Source of the DNA: Sphagnum compactum
Lineage: Eukaryota
DNA length: 64,000 bases
NCBI GenBank assembly: GCA_965153455.1
Contig: OZ234493.1
Span: forward strand, 33,222,213 to 33,286,212
Direction of reading: 5' to 3'
Shown here: positions 47,837-62,229 of the stretch, piece by piece
How the letters are laid out: every line of letters begins with the position of its first letter
Position numbering within the stretch: the stretch's first letter is position 1
Translations under genes and position numbers: made by a program
The notes under the pieces: generated by a model
The model's input: only the letters and a program-made list of their open reading frames with translations
Database searches by the model: none
What the model was told of the DNA's origin: nothing

Positions 47837-50318
47837 CCGTGTGTTTTGTTTCCCTTTCACATCAGCCTGGAAAGAAGAAGATCAACAAAGCCGCAAAAGG
47901 CAAAACCTACATGATGATGATCAGAATCTGGGCACGCTGAAGAGCAATGGACCTCTCCAAGGTAGAATTTCGATGCGGACACGGAGAGAAAAGAACTAGC
48001 TACGATTTTGTATTGTGTGCAGAAGAGCAGCGCCGTCGGCGGAGAGAAAGAGACTTGACAAAAGTCCCGGATAATCAGAGGCAATTCCAACTTCTACGCT
48101 AAGTTCTCAGTGCAATTCAAGACATCCGATCAAGGGAAACACACAAACAGACAGACAAAAGAAGAATCCCTCTCAAGTATGAAGAGCAAGACTAGTAACA
48201 GATGCTACCTCTATTTATATACATACAAGTTCTACTGCGGCAAAAGCAGCAGCACCAGCAGGAGATGACGATGATGAGGATGAACATCGCATAAAGGAAT
48301 CGCGCAGAATTGGAAACACTAGAGATGCAGACAGATGGTATTATTCAAGCAGATCGTGACTCTGATATGCACGCCATGCATTGAAGAGAAGAAGAAGAAG
48401 AAGAAGAAGCTCCTATCTCCTCAAGAAACAACAGGGGAAAAAGAGTTCCTCACCTTCCAGAAACCATAGAACCACGGATCCTGCAATCCGGCGAAAAGAG
48501 TAGATAAAATCCGGATGACAGCGGGGAGAAAAGAAACAACAAAGAACGGCAAACCGATCCTTCTAGCCGACTGGATAAAATCAGTTAGCACCAGGCCAAA
48601 AGAAAAGAACAGAAAAGAAAGGAAAAAACAAAGAAAACAGAAAAAAATCGTGCGCATGCGTAGCAAAGAAGAACATGTAGCGGAACTAGAGAAAACAGAG
48701 TACCAAAGCCGGCCGACCAATATCCAAAACAAACAAAAAGGATTTTTAGTTTTATTTGGAAAAAAATAGAGTTAAAAAGGTCTCAGAAAAGGTGAGGAAA
48801 AGCCCGGGACATATCGCAATTGTAGTCGCGATCCTAACGGAGGAGGGCCGGGCGGGCGGGCGGGCGGGCGGGCGAGCGATGATGCAAAGCTCTCGCGCGC
48901 GCGCAACGGAGAGGAAATCGAAAGAGCAAAACAAAAGGCACACACGAGAGAGGAGAGAGACGAGTTCCGAGCCTGTGCCGAGGCTAGAACCGAGCCTTGT
49001 GAGCACATCCGGAGCTGGTTTCGAGCCTGTGCTGTCCACTCACCGAACCTGGCTATCGGACTCTGTGCCTGGCGATTTGCGTCTCGGGCTTTGGCTAAGC
49101 TGTTTCCAAGTCTGGCGTTTTGTGAACTCTGCAAGTGGATATCTCTAGCCTCGGAATGGGGCACTTTTCGGGTTAAATCCTATCCACTTGAAAATCGCCC
49201 TTTTCCCACAGAAAGCACAAAATCTCTTGTCCAATTGCATGGGTCAGCTAGCCAGGTAGGCCCAGCAGGCCGGCCGAGCGAGAAAAAGCCCCACTACAAA
49301 TGCTAACGTGGATTTACCACATATAAATTATAAATAAACATATCCATTTCAGGATTTTTTTTTTTTTCTTTTTTTTTTTTTTTTGGTGGGGTGGGTGAAA
49401 TCAATTAAATCATAAAAATATGTATGATGGACCCAGCCTTTAATTCCATTGTCATTGGGTCCATTAAATAAATAAATAAATAAATAGCCCCATACATATA
49501 GGCTATTACCATAATTCAATTTGATGAACATGAAAAAATAGAGAAACACATCAATTAATAAAACTGTGCCAAAATACCCAAATGCTACATATAGATAGCA
49601 ATATGTCTACTAATTGTGCTTGTTCATTTATATATATTGGATTTTTATTTTTATTTTCCCAAATGGGAATTATATATATATATATATATATATTCTCTCA
49701 TCATGTCAAAGTTCAAATGTAATTTTACACATGTTGAATGTTAATTTGAAGAGACCTATAATTTAACATAATTAACTATCGAAACATCTTTTCCCATCTT
49801 TTTATGAATTGCTATTATTTGAAGTACTTATGATTTTATTTTATTTTATTTTATTTTTCCTGGGTTTCACCAAAACCTAATGTGAATAAAATTAATTTAA
49901 AAGATTGAGGGGAAAAAAAAAAATCCTTTTTTTTGTTGTGAAAATCTTTGAGTTGGGCAAGCCAAAAATGAAAATGCAAGAATGTTTACAAAAAACTCAC
50001 TCAAAATGGAAACAATTTCAATTCCATTTATAGTTCCTTCTTCTTCAGATATATTCTATATAGTTGTGTCACTTGGGACTAGGGTTTTCCTTTTAGGTTT
50101 ATGGAAGTAGCCTCACTCAGGAACATCCCCGACCCTAGAAACATATTGTAATAAAATAAATGGTAGTAAATGGGAGCTAGGCATTTTGAATGGATTGTAG
50201 ATTTGTTTTTGACAACTTAGGTATTACCTAGGTTTAAATATGGTGATTTATTCATTTTTTTCAAAAAATGGTGGAAAACTGTGGAAAACTCTTTAAAAAC
50301 AACATTCATTTATTGTTT

Positions 50319-50350
<32 letters not shown>

Positions 50351-50877
50351 GGGTTGTTTTGAAAAGTAAATCATCAAGGTGTGGAAAACCCACTACACAA
50401 AAAAGGTGCTACTTCGGACTCCTTCAACCCTTACAAAGTTTGGAAACCAAAGTGTGAATGAAGAAGGGTTTATAGTCCCCGTACATGCAATGTTCATTGC
50501 GTGATGCAATTGCTAGACAAAGACGTTCTTATTGAGTGCACAAAGGGTTTTTTGTCAATAGATGTAGATTACTCAAACACATATATATATGCTCTATCGG
50601 TTGTGTGATAACAAATGATAACATCATAAGACAAAATAAAATCAACAAGATCATCAAATTTTGATTAGCCGTGTGTATAGATAAAAAGCTAAGGTCACAA
50701 TTAGAGAGAGAGAGAGAGAGTTGTGTGTCTCTTGAGTACTTCTTATCTTTAAAGGACTTCACAAGATGCTTTGGTTTGGTTCACAGCACGACATTACAAA
50801 CAGGATAAAGTGGTAGAACCGATATTGGGGTCAGGTGGAGATCCTTCAATCACTTGGATGATAATTAAATCATCCAT

Positions 50878-50909
<32 letters not shown>

Positions 50910-51941
50910 CTTGCAACATTGTCCCAATGTATATGTGGATCCTTTGTTTATTTGGTTGATGTTTTAAATCCTCAAAAATGATGTTGCAACATTTGTCCAA
51001 TTCACATGGGAGAAGATCCATGGGTCATGAGGTATATATATATATGTGTGTATGTGTGTGTGTGTGTGTGTGTGGTGATAATTTTGGCACTTTGGCATCA
51101 TGCAATTGTGCAGAGTGTTTTGCTTCTTGAACAAGGGGGTGTGTCACACTGTGGCCTTTACCATTTACATTAAAAAGTATCTTAAGGCAAAAGAAGAATT
51201 ATGGAAACTCAAATATTTCACCGGATATCTTCAAAAAAAAATCCTCTAAAAAAAAAAACCAAAATCCTTCAAGATATTATAAAGTCTATAACTAACCTCA
51301 AGTTTCAACACAAGCCAAAATAGGTATCATCTTTCAAAAATCCTCATATAAAAATAGACCTATTATTATTACCTAGGGGGGCCAAAATGCCTTAAGCTAC
51401 TATTATACTCTATAATGAATCTACACACAATATCCTTCTTGCCTTGGTAGGCAAAGGCCAACACAAGAAGCACAAACACCCAAGTGTGCAGCATTCAATA
51501 TCTATCGGATATGAATATGTGGAGTTAATCCCAGATGTGAGCCAATCCAAGACTTTTTCTTTTGCTTTTTGTCTGTGAATGTCTTTGTCCTTAGAGTGTT
51601 TCTTATGCATATCCCTTTGGCATTTTCTAAGGTTCCTAGTTCTTCCACACTATGTTGCTTTTCTTTTTTCTTTTGTCCCACTTTTCTTGTTCTTTTGAGA
51701 TGTAGTAACATTCTGTCCAGTGAGGAAACAAAATGGAGGTTTATCTTTGCCACCCAAGTGATTTTTTTGTCTTTCGATTGGTAGCAATGACAAAGTACTT
51801 AGATATTAAAGTTATCCATAAAGTCAGGCGATGAGGGGGTGAGAACGGCCAGTTTCGGCATAATAATAAGGCACGAAACGTGTAGCTGGGAATGAAATTT
51901 TACAAAACGAAATAACTGGGACCCAAACTAGTTTTTTCCAC

Positions 51942-53040
51942 CAATTCTGGTGGTAAACTGAGTTTCGTCCCCTCTTTCCTTTTTCTTGAGCGCCTCCACT
52001 ACTGCTCCGTATATTTTCACTGCTCCTACCTGTACAACTACTATAATTACTCTCAAACCTTGTGCATTAAATGCTGAGTTTCAGCATTTCATACTGAGAT
52101 TTAATAAAATTTCCTTACTGTGCGGATACCACTAAAAGAGGGGATAGGGGGTGAAAGCAGAGGGGATACAGGTGAAACAGAGGATGATTTTATGGATTAT
52201 TTTATTATCGTGGCATGACTAGCACCATATTTTGCCATCAAAATCACAGCTTTAGTCTTTGTGATAGTTGTGGCCATCCCCAAAAGAAAGTCCCATCTTC
52301 CAAGCATGTAGAATTTAAAGATCAAACAATGGCAATATGGTGAATCCATTGCCATTAGTACTATATATATATGTAAATATATGAACCTATTTAAATTGAT
52401 TTTCCAAAATATGAAAACTAAGGAAGGTAAGAATTCTTGGCAACGCAACCAAAATTCTTACCATACAAGCATGAAAAATTACATGTTTATTCACAAAACA
52501 TGTATTGCAATTTTGTCTTTCCTTTTACAAAGGTGCAAAATTCAAATTGGATTGATAATCTTTGTATGCAAACTTTTTGCATCATCCGCGCATTTTGTTG
52601 TTCTAATGTTTTCTCGATCACTAGCAAATAGAATAAATGGTTGGAAAATGTAAAAAAATTCTCATTATATTAGAGTTATCCGTAAAGTAAGAAAAACACA
52701 GCAGCAGAACCCTGAGTTTGGTCATATACAGGGTGACATTGGAAAAAAAAACTGGAAAAAAGTACATTAGCATGGGGGATGAAACTCAAAAAATCATCAA
52801 TTTTGGTGGTAAACTGAGTTTCATCCTGTCTTTCCTTTTTCCTGAGCGCCTCCACTGCTGCTACATATATTTGCACTGCTTCTAACTTCTAACTGTACAA
52901 CTATTATAATTAGTCTCGACCTCGTGCATTAAATACTAAGTTTCAGCATTTCATACTGAGTTGCACCCTTCCATGCTGAGATTTAATAAAATGTCTTTAC
53001 TTTGCGGATACCACTGAAAGAGAGGATAAGGGGTGAAAGG
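51942..53040. repeat. Diverged direct repeat pair: 51942-52157 and 52798-53039
   Basis: Both read TGGTGGTAAACTGAGTTTC...GAGCGCCTCCACT...GTGCATTAAAT.CT.AGTTTCAGCATTTCATACTGAG...GCGGATACCACT.AAAGAG.GGATA.GGGGTGAAAG; the second has a ~20-bp insertion. Confidence 0.9.
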
Positions 53041-53772
53041 AGGCCCAAAGGGTAAACTCCAACCCTCAAGAAATTGAAGAAGAAAATATTGATTTGTCTC
53101 TTGTGCATGTCCTCTCAACCAGTCCAAATTCAATTTCACACCACTACACAGTTTAGGGTTTAGGGTTTACCGAGCCCTAAACCCTAATCTATCAACAATT
53201 CACACATTCAGTATTATTCATGGAATCATTTATTTGAACTTCAACATACCTTCAAAAAACAGGGTTGAACAAAATGCACAAAATGGAATGTTGCTTGTGA
53301 TCAATCCACAAGGTACTCAGCTTCTGTAACATACACAACCAGGGTTTGGTTGCGACAGCATAATCTTGACTAAAAAAAGCCCATTGCCGTATTTCTATCT
53401 CAAGATCTCCAATAACACATGAAGAGGAATTAAGACATTTGCTAGAGTAGAAGAGGAATTCGGAGCAATAAAGAGATTGAATTTCAAGGTGAGGGGGTGT
53501 GGGGTAGGGGGAAAAGCCCATTCCCACAAAATATATTCTCTCGGTAGCCCATTTCTCTCTTGTAACATTTGCTAGACCATTAAAAAAGCAGTGTAAAACT
53601 ATTGCAAAGCTCTCAGACATGGGCACAAAGTATATAGAGCTGCTGTTTACATCCACGAGTTACACCTAACAACACATGCTATACTACTCTCAATGGGGGG
53701 GAATCTAGCATGAAAACCAATTCCACCCACTGTTCAGCATGTGCACAAAACACATCACAGGGGGGAAATAAC

Positions 53773-56700
53773 CTACAGGCGGAACAACCACCCTCCATTG
53801 GCAGCAAAAAATGGAGCAAACACCAGTGACTCCACAGCCATCAACTTGATTAAGATATTGAGTGACGGTCCTGATGTATCCTTCAATGGATCCCCGACAG
53901 TGTCTCCAATTACAGCTGCCTTGTGGGCATCTGATCCCTTTGGACCCAAAGTCCTTGCATGCTCGGATCGACCAGCCTACAACCAAGAAACTCAGATTGT
54001 TTTCAGTTTACCCAGTTGGAAATTACAGCAATTGTTTGTTGCATTGTTCCTGACATAGTAAAAACTGATGATCAGTCCCCTTAGATTGGGGCCTAAATGG
54101 TACTAGAGAGACAAAACCACTGGTTCACCATACACAGTTAAATCAAATTTGAGATGGAAGAACAATTTTTACCTCAATATACTTCTTGGCATTGTCCCAA
54201 GCTCCTCCAGTGTTACTTGCAGAAATGGCTATCTGTCATTTCAGTCAAGTCTTGAATCAGGCTAATTTGTACTCAAAACATCCAAACATTCCCCACAAAT
54301 CCAAAATGACATCATACCCATAGTTCATGACAATGTCATCCAATTTTCGCACACATGCTTCATTCAAGTCGTTCTGTACCTTGAAGAGACCTGTTGACTA
54401 TTAGATAAAGAGAATCAGATTCAGAACTAACCTGAACCCCAGAAACCAGTGCACCAGCCAACAAGCCCGCCAGTGTCTCAACACCAAACAATGTACCAAC
54501 AATGATGGGGGTGAGCATAACAAGAGCACCAGGTGGGATCATCTCCTTAATGGAAGCATCAGTTGAGATCTGAACACATCTCTTGTAATCTGGCTTGGCA
54601 GTTCCTTCCATCAAGCCTGAAATGGTGCGGAACTGTCTCCTCACTTCCTCCACCATGGCCAAGGCAGCCTTTCCAACACTCTTCATTGTCATAGCTGAAA
54701 ACCAGTAAGGCAGCATAGCACCAACCAGTAAACCAACAAACTCCTTTGGCTGGATAACATCCACGACTGCAATACCAGCCCTGCTGACATAGGCACCAAA
54801 CAGGGCAAGAGAAACAAGGGCTGCTGAACCAATTGCAAATCCCTGTTCATATTGCACCAGCATTCCCCTTGAATTAGAAAAACGCACATGAAATACATCC
54901 GTAAATATCACAATCTACTATCTTGGGTCCAGTTGAAAACCACTAGTTGAAAACCACTAGAGGCTGAAACAAAGTAATGGAGCCATATAGCATCCATGGA
55001 AAAGCCATTCAGAAAACACAGTGTGCAAAAAAAAAGACATTGCATACCTTTCCAATGGCAGCTGTTGTGTTCCCTGCAGCATCTAGTGCATCAGTCCTCT
55101 CACGGACTTCATGGCTCATGCCAGCCATCTCAGCAATACCACCAGCATTGTCACTGATAGGACCATAGGCATCAATTGCAAGTCCCGTTGCAAGTGTGCT
55201 GAGCATCCCAAGAGCAGCAACAGCTATGCCATACATGGCAGCTAAACTGAAACTCAAATAAATAGCTGCAGCTATTGCAAACACTGGAATAATAACAGAC
55301 TTGTAGCCCAAAGCCAAACCAAAGATGATATTTGTTGCAGCTCCTGTTCTGCATGCATCTGCCACATCTTGCACAGGTCTGATCCAGGAAAGAAACTTCG
55401 GTTTGTCAGTAGAAAGTGTGAAAACAACTTTGACCTACATAATAAAACATACTGGGAGCAATTCACAGTCCAATTCACAAACAAAAGAGGGAGCAATTGA
55501 TTTCTGTGCTATACCAAGAGAAAAACATTGGGTTTCAAAGGGACCAAATGCACTCGGACATTAAACAAAACTTCAGGGAATGTTGGCAGGAACAAGGATT
55601 TCTTCAGATAAGCCCAAGTAACAGGAGAAGGGCTCCAGTGCCTTACTGATAAGTGTTGCTGGTAAAGTATTCAGTGACAAAGCCAATGATGAGACCAGCC
55701 CACAACCCTGATCCTACGCAGAGGAATATGTGCCTGTAACAGAGACCCCGCAAGTGAGTCTCAGAAGCCTGAATGCCAGAGCATTGCATCAAAAGACAAC
55801 AAAGGACAGTATACAGTAACAGAAAAGTATAACTAAGTCAAAAGCAGAAAACTCACCAGTTCTTGACAACCTTAGGTTCATGGCCAACAACATTGATGGT
55901 GAATGTCTCTGGCAGCGCATACCATGATACCAAGAAAATGGCACCAGTCATTAACACAGTGGAGATCACCAACTGATATTTAAGCGTGGGTTCAATCTGC
56001 TTCACCCCACTGATAACAAAGAGGTCTGTAGCAACCAGAGTCGTGAGAAGGCACACAAAGATGCCAGCAGCACTGATGATAAGTGGGAAGCTCATGGCCA
56101 CAAAGTTCCTGTCTGCCCCAAACGATGAGATGGATGAGACAACAAGGGCAGCACAAGTTGATTCTGCGAAAGATCCAAACAGATCAGCGCCCATGCCAGC
56201 AATATCTCCCACATTGTCTCCAACATTATCAGCAATAACCTGTTGAGTCCAAGAGACAATTGTCATCCACACAAACCTCCATATCTATAACATTGCAGAG
56301 AAATCTCCACAACAATACTTCAAAGATAGCATGTCAATGAGTGCAGTCAGAACCTTATGAGACTCTCGTGAGGTTACGTAAATGTCTACTAGCAGAAGCA
56401 GATAACAGATTTAGTCATGCTTACACTTCGATTTAGTGTCTCTAATCTCTTTCCAGCCACAAGTTGCTATTACATTTTCAGCTAGGCTTTACCATGGACC
56501 CACTAATCACAGATCTTACATGTATAAGAAAATTGTGGGGTTAATCATGTACCCTCATCGGGATCATACACATCTCTTCAGCTCATACATCACTTTAAAA
56601 CAAACACAAAGGTCAATATGGGTGAAACAGTTTGCACAAGTGCTTCTGCATGCAAATAAAACAAGTTCTTGAAAGTGCAATGTCAATGATGGATGTGAAC

Positions 56701-58436
56701 ATGGACCACAGGCAAAAACAGGTACCGGATACTTCAGTAACACACCATAGTCATGCAGATCATGCAACACTTACCGCAGGGTTCCTTGGATCATCTTCAG
56801 GGATGTTCTGTTCTATCTTCCCAACAAGATCAGCACCAACATCAGCAGCCTTGGTGTAGATACCTCCACCAACACGTCCAAATAGAGCAACTGAGGATCC
56901 ACCAAGACCATAACCAGTTATGGCCTCATATAGACCAACCCAATCGTCCTTGAAGAATAGCTTGAAGACCAAGATTGTGAGGAAAAGGACAAGCAAGCCA
57001 TTTGCGGCAAGCAAGAAGCCCATCACTGAACCAGAACGGAAAGCAACAATGAAGGCCCTTCCAACACTTCTGCGAGCCTCAAGCGTTGTTCTTGCATTTG
57101 CATAAGTTGCAATCTTCATCCCAAGGTAGCCTGATAGGGTAGATGTGAGGGCACCAAGAATGAATGCCACAGTGGTAAAGAAGGCATATGCCACGGTAGA
57201 TGGGCATTCCTGGGTAGTATCATATTCACAGGGAACTCTCTCCAAGTTGAAGCCTCCAACAGAGGACAGGAAGACAAAGATGATCACAGAGAAAATGCTC
57301 ATGAATATGAGCAGGTACTGGTACTCTGTTGCCAGGAATGACTCCGCTCCTGCAAAAACAGAAAAGAAGATGAGCTTAATCTTCTCCACTGATAACACAA
57401 ACCAACATCATGAAAGAAAGAGCACCTTCAGAAACTAGACACCAGATGCAGACCACTGATAAGCCAGATCTGGAGAACCCCCTATCCACCAGACATCCAT
57501 GAGAGCTACCAGACTCTCTTTGGCAATACCATGTCAAGAAACCATTGATGCCAAGAAAAATGCCATATGTGACAAAATTGTGCATTTGATAAGTTATGAA
57601 CCCAGAAACTGACCAAAATAAACAGTCACAGCGTCTGGAAGCACAAGATCTCACCAACAACAGGCGATCTACATTAGCCTACAGTTTGTTTTCTCCTGTT
57701 TGCCATGAGAAACTAATACATAAGCATGCCATCCATTCTGGATCAACACATCTTCCCAGGACTACAGATCCATGGTGACTAGATCCAACACACGAACTAT
57801 TATTACAGAACACGCGCAGGAAGCAGTCTCCAACTTGCAAAACTTCATCTTGCTCCTCTTACAATTTGCAAAACGAGAGAGAGAGAGAGGGAGAAGAAGA
57901 AGAAGAAAAGGAACACATTATCGCAACAGAGAGCAGAGCAGTTTTCAACTTTCAAAATTGATCAAGTACCTTTGCCAGACCTTCGATGCTGGGAGCCAAA
58001 AGCATCTTATCGTATAGACGCTTGACAAGAAAAAACACACAACAAATGCAGATCCGCGGTCACAGCCTTTCATCATCATATTTTTCTTCTGGAAAAAACG
58101 CATCCCGAAAGAGAAAGAACACACATTTCCCCGCAGACAGGACAACAAACTTTCTACCAAAAAACCAATGCTTGGCAGGCTGTGTGTGGAACTTATTTCA
58201 GTAGCAGCAAAAACGCACAAACCTTCGGAAATGGCAGACTGGATCTCGGCGCATTTGGCCACGACTTCCAACTCGGAGATGCCATCCTCTTCAACATGCA
58301 CGTATCCATTGTTACCCTTCCCTTCACCGCCGACCGAGACCCTGGAAACAATAAACCATTGTGTCAAAGCGAACAGAATACCGACCACGGCCGCCGCTGG
58401 AACGAACCACAACACGAATGTCTCACCGAGTACCAT
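53773..58436 (-). CDS. AVP1: Type I (K+-dependent) vacuolar H+-translocating pyrophosphatase, 8 exons, ~754 aa: 58436-58223, 57349-56775, 56239-55857, 55733-55647, 55378-55048, 54842-54432, 54232-54173, 53976-53773
   Basis: [56 protein letters not shown] (Ala indicates K+-dependent type), [35 protein letters not shown]; 2265 nt in frame with GT-AG introns. Confidence 0.98.
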
Positions 58437-58739
58437 CTCGATCCTCTACTGGTGTGCCTGCCACAATAAACACACCAAAACCTCTCTTCTCTCGTCGATA
58501 TGATAGTATTCTTCCCCCACTCTTCCCTTCCTTGTCTTGCCCCCGCTCCACAGCGAGTTTCGAAGCTTTGCTTTATCTTGCTTTATCTTCGGCAGCAATG
58601 GCCATCGCCTCTCTCGCAAAGCTCCAATCTCTTCTGCAGCGCGCGCGCGGTCTCCCTCGCTCTCTCCTGTGCGCAAGCCCCCTGCACGCTCCCGAACCTA
58701 CTCCGAACCAGGTCCGAGTCAATCATAATAGCTTCGGCA

Positions 58740-59008
58740 ACAGCCTTGCGTTTACTGGGGAATTTTCGCCAAATTTCGACCTCAAAATATCATTTCAAGT
58801 CGGAGTGATTTTTATTTTTTGGCGAAATTTCTCATTTCATGGAAAAAATGGCCCAAATTTACCAGATTTCGAAGAACAACAAAAAAAATTAAATTAATTA
58901 ATTAATTTTAAATTTCTTCTGACTACTTTCATATATAATATTAGCCTAAATTATTTTGTAAGTGATCGCCATTCTCACTGCATCACAAAATCCTTAAAAC
59001 AAATCCTG
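58740..59008 (+). repeat. Copy of a short dispersed repeat family also at ~12619-12925 and ~18585-18847
   Basis: Shared blocks ATTTTCGCCA / AAATTT(C)GACCT, CTACTTTCATAT, GATC(A/G)CCA..T...CATCACA.AATCCTTAAAA..AA..CTG. Confidence 0.75.
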
Positions 59009-62000
59009 AGATTCGGCAGACGGCCACACTGACCAAACCATAGGTTCGGTGAAGAACCGAACCAGGACAGGTCTGTAGCTACGGCAATTATGATCGTTAC
59101 GGAGATCCGTCATTTCGGACCGTCGATGCCAAATCGACAATGATGATCGGGCTTCATCCAACGGCGACAATGACATTAGACAGAGAGACACGGACAGGGC
59201 AAGTGTGGAAGCGAAGGAAGAGAGATGAGAGGGCAGGAGAGTGCACGAATATCTATCTCGGCCGTTCAATTCCACGGAATCGGATCGGCACCGTTGAAAC
59301 ATCACGTGCGTATGTGGACCGCCCCCTTCATTCATTCTTATCACTTTGCGCACTAAAGGTAGCAAGTTTATTTATTTATTTATTTATTTATGGAAAATAG
59401 GGGGCGTAGGGGGTAGGGGGTAGGGGGTAAAGAATTTTGCTTCTTCTGAGCAAGCAGATGAAATTCCAACCCCAGTCACTCCTGGAAACCAGTTGTGTCT
59501 AAAACTGGAACTGGTGATAATGCTGACTCACAGTAACTACTTTACCTACCTACCTACCTACTTACCTACCTACCTACTAAATTATCTAATTAACTACCCC
59601 CATTCCATTCCAGAGTGTTTTTCAGGAATTATTGTACTCCTTACCTACCCACCCACCCAATCCCTTCCCCCAACCCCCTCCCCTCCCCCCCCAAAACAAC
59701 ATTGTCATAATAATTTAAAAAATAATTCTAGAAATTTGGGGACTTGGGAGTCACACAAACTTGTTGGAAATTCCCTTTTACCCTTTCTTCCATAATGGTA
59801 TCAAATGATTTTCAAAAAATGGGAAAGTTTTAAAATTGTTGAAACGATGAAAAATTTAGGGGAAAATGCTAAATTATTTCCAAATAGGTTATATATATAT
59901 ATATGCCTGGCACCTAAGGTATAATAGTTTAAATTATTTAATTTCTTACATCCCTTTTTCAAGTTTGATTTCTGAACACAACTAAAGATTTAATGTGTGT
60001 GTGTGTGTGTGTGTAATTTTTTTTAAAAAATTGATTTCTATTAACCCTTTTTCAATTCAATTTTCAAAATATAAACTAAAGGTTTCATGTTTTTAATTAG
60101 TTTATACAATCCTTTTCAATTGTGGGGTAAATACAAATTATTTTGACCTCTATAGGTTTCAATTTTTGAAAGTGTCAAGTGTATATCATTATTTTCACCA
60201 TTAGTCATTTTTAACCTTTGGGCCTTTCAATCAACAAGACGATTTTTCAAATTCTTTGTTGGCCTTTTTTAGGAATTTCATTTCATTGATTTTTAATGGG
60301 TGTTTCGAAACATAGGTTTTTTAAATTTTGATGGGCATTTTGGCTTAATTGATTAATCCATGTGTTTTAAGTATTCGGACATTCATCATGTCTCTCATCT
60401 TCATGCCTTTTTTTTAGATCTTCCATAAAGCATTGGGAAAATTTTCTTAGTGTATTTGGAGGAACCCCTTATACATATTAATAATGCCTACACAAAAGCA
60501 TGCGACACCTATGAAAGACCTTACACTTACAAGAGCCCTCTTACACTCACTAAACTCTAAGATCTTCCATAATGCTCTTTCCATCATGTCTCTTCCTTTC
60601 TAATGTTAACGAAGGACATCTAATTCATCAACAACCATTTTTGTCTTTTAATTCGTTGTATTGTTCATTTGACCTTATCGAATTGTCAAGTGTGAACGTC
60701 AAGGTGAACCAACACTCACAATAATACCTTCATTTTTTTATAATTGAGGTCTTTTACTAGCCATATTAAGCCCAAAAAATGTGATTTGAATCAGAGACCT
60801 TGATTTAATCTAAGCACTCACCATGTTTATAATATTTAGAAATAATTATAATGGATTTTGAGATTTTTACCATGGTAACAACATGGATGTTGGTTCACCC
60901 ATGGTGTATGTGGAAATCATCAATTGCTCCTTATTGTTATGTACAACAATTTACACACATTTTATTAAAATTTGTAATATAAATATACAAACTACTAATC
61001 TTTTCTTAAGATTTTTTTTTCGAAAAAGACATTAATTATGTGTAGGGTAAAGCTTTAGGGTGGGACATCCTCCCCCCCCCCAAGATCTTGTCTAGTCTAA
61101 TATTTAATCTAGTTTCATATTTTGTTAATTACCCCCACCCATATATGGGCTTTAGTCATCATAGAGCACAAGGTGAATGTTATCATGAACCTAAATGTTT
61201 ATCAATCATGAGGTGTACAAAAAATACGCTTCTTACACCTACTCCTTCCATGTGGGAAGTATCTTAAGGCTAGGCCACATTTAGTGATAGTGTTAACACA
61301 ATGTTTAGGGTGTTAAAAAAACACATTAATCTACACCTACAATGTTATTTACGAAGAAATCCTACATGTTTAAGTTGGTGTTAACAAGTATATTTTATTG
61401 ACATTAAATGTAAAAAAAAGAGAAAATTTCAAGATTTATTTGCAATGTTACCTAAAATTTCTAAAAATAAACAATCATCTTAGTGTTAGGGCTTGTCCCC
61501 CTTTCTCTCACATTCTCTCCTTAGTCTTCTCACCTTTTTTCCTTTATAGTTTTTGCTCCACTTCCATTACTTACAAACTTTATTTACAACAATGCAAATG
61601 GCACCAGGTCAATTTTTTTTTACAAAAGTTCTATCTAGAAAGATGTATTAAATAAATTTTTCCTATAGAGGCATATTAAATAAGTTCTTCTTACAAAGGT
61701 TTTATTTACAAACACACACTAACAATTGTGTTGGTTTGCATTTTTAAGAAATTGTTACTCTACAATTGTATTTTTTCCATTCACCTACATAACTCCAACC
61801 TTCAATCAAGTTCAATCAATGTGGACATTGGTATCAAGTGTGATCAAGAAGTTGCTTGTCAACAATGAACACACAATCTTCAAGACTTTCCATTGAACAC
61901 CATCAACAATTGTCAACCCCACCATTTTGACAAGAAACACAACATTCCTCACCAAATGGCACCAACAACATGTGTTGTGGTAGTGGCTCCAACAACTAGT

Positions 62001-62229
62001 GTTATGAGCAACGTTCCAAGTAACTTGAATTCCCTACACCTACACCCATTGCTTCAAGTCGTCTGGAAGCCCAATGTACAAGTGATACAAGAAATTCAAA
62101 AAAATGGTATATACAACTTTGAATTCTTCTAAAAGTAAGGAATAATGAAAGCATTTGGTATTCATATGTAGATGTCATATATCTAGGTGATGATAATGCA
62201 CAAACATGAAGTCCTTTTCAAAAAAGTAA

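Noticed and set aside
60700-60960. Minus-strand GAIDDFHIH resembling the Harbinger GAIDGTHI motif
   Set aside because: No further DDE motifs follow in any frame I could read; probably chance or an unidentifiable remnant.
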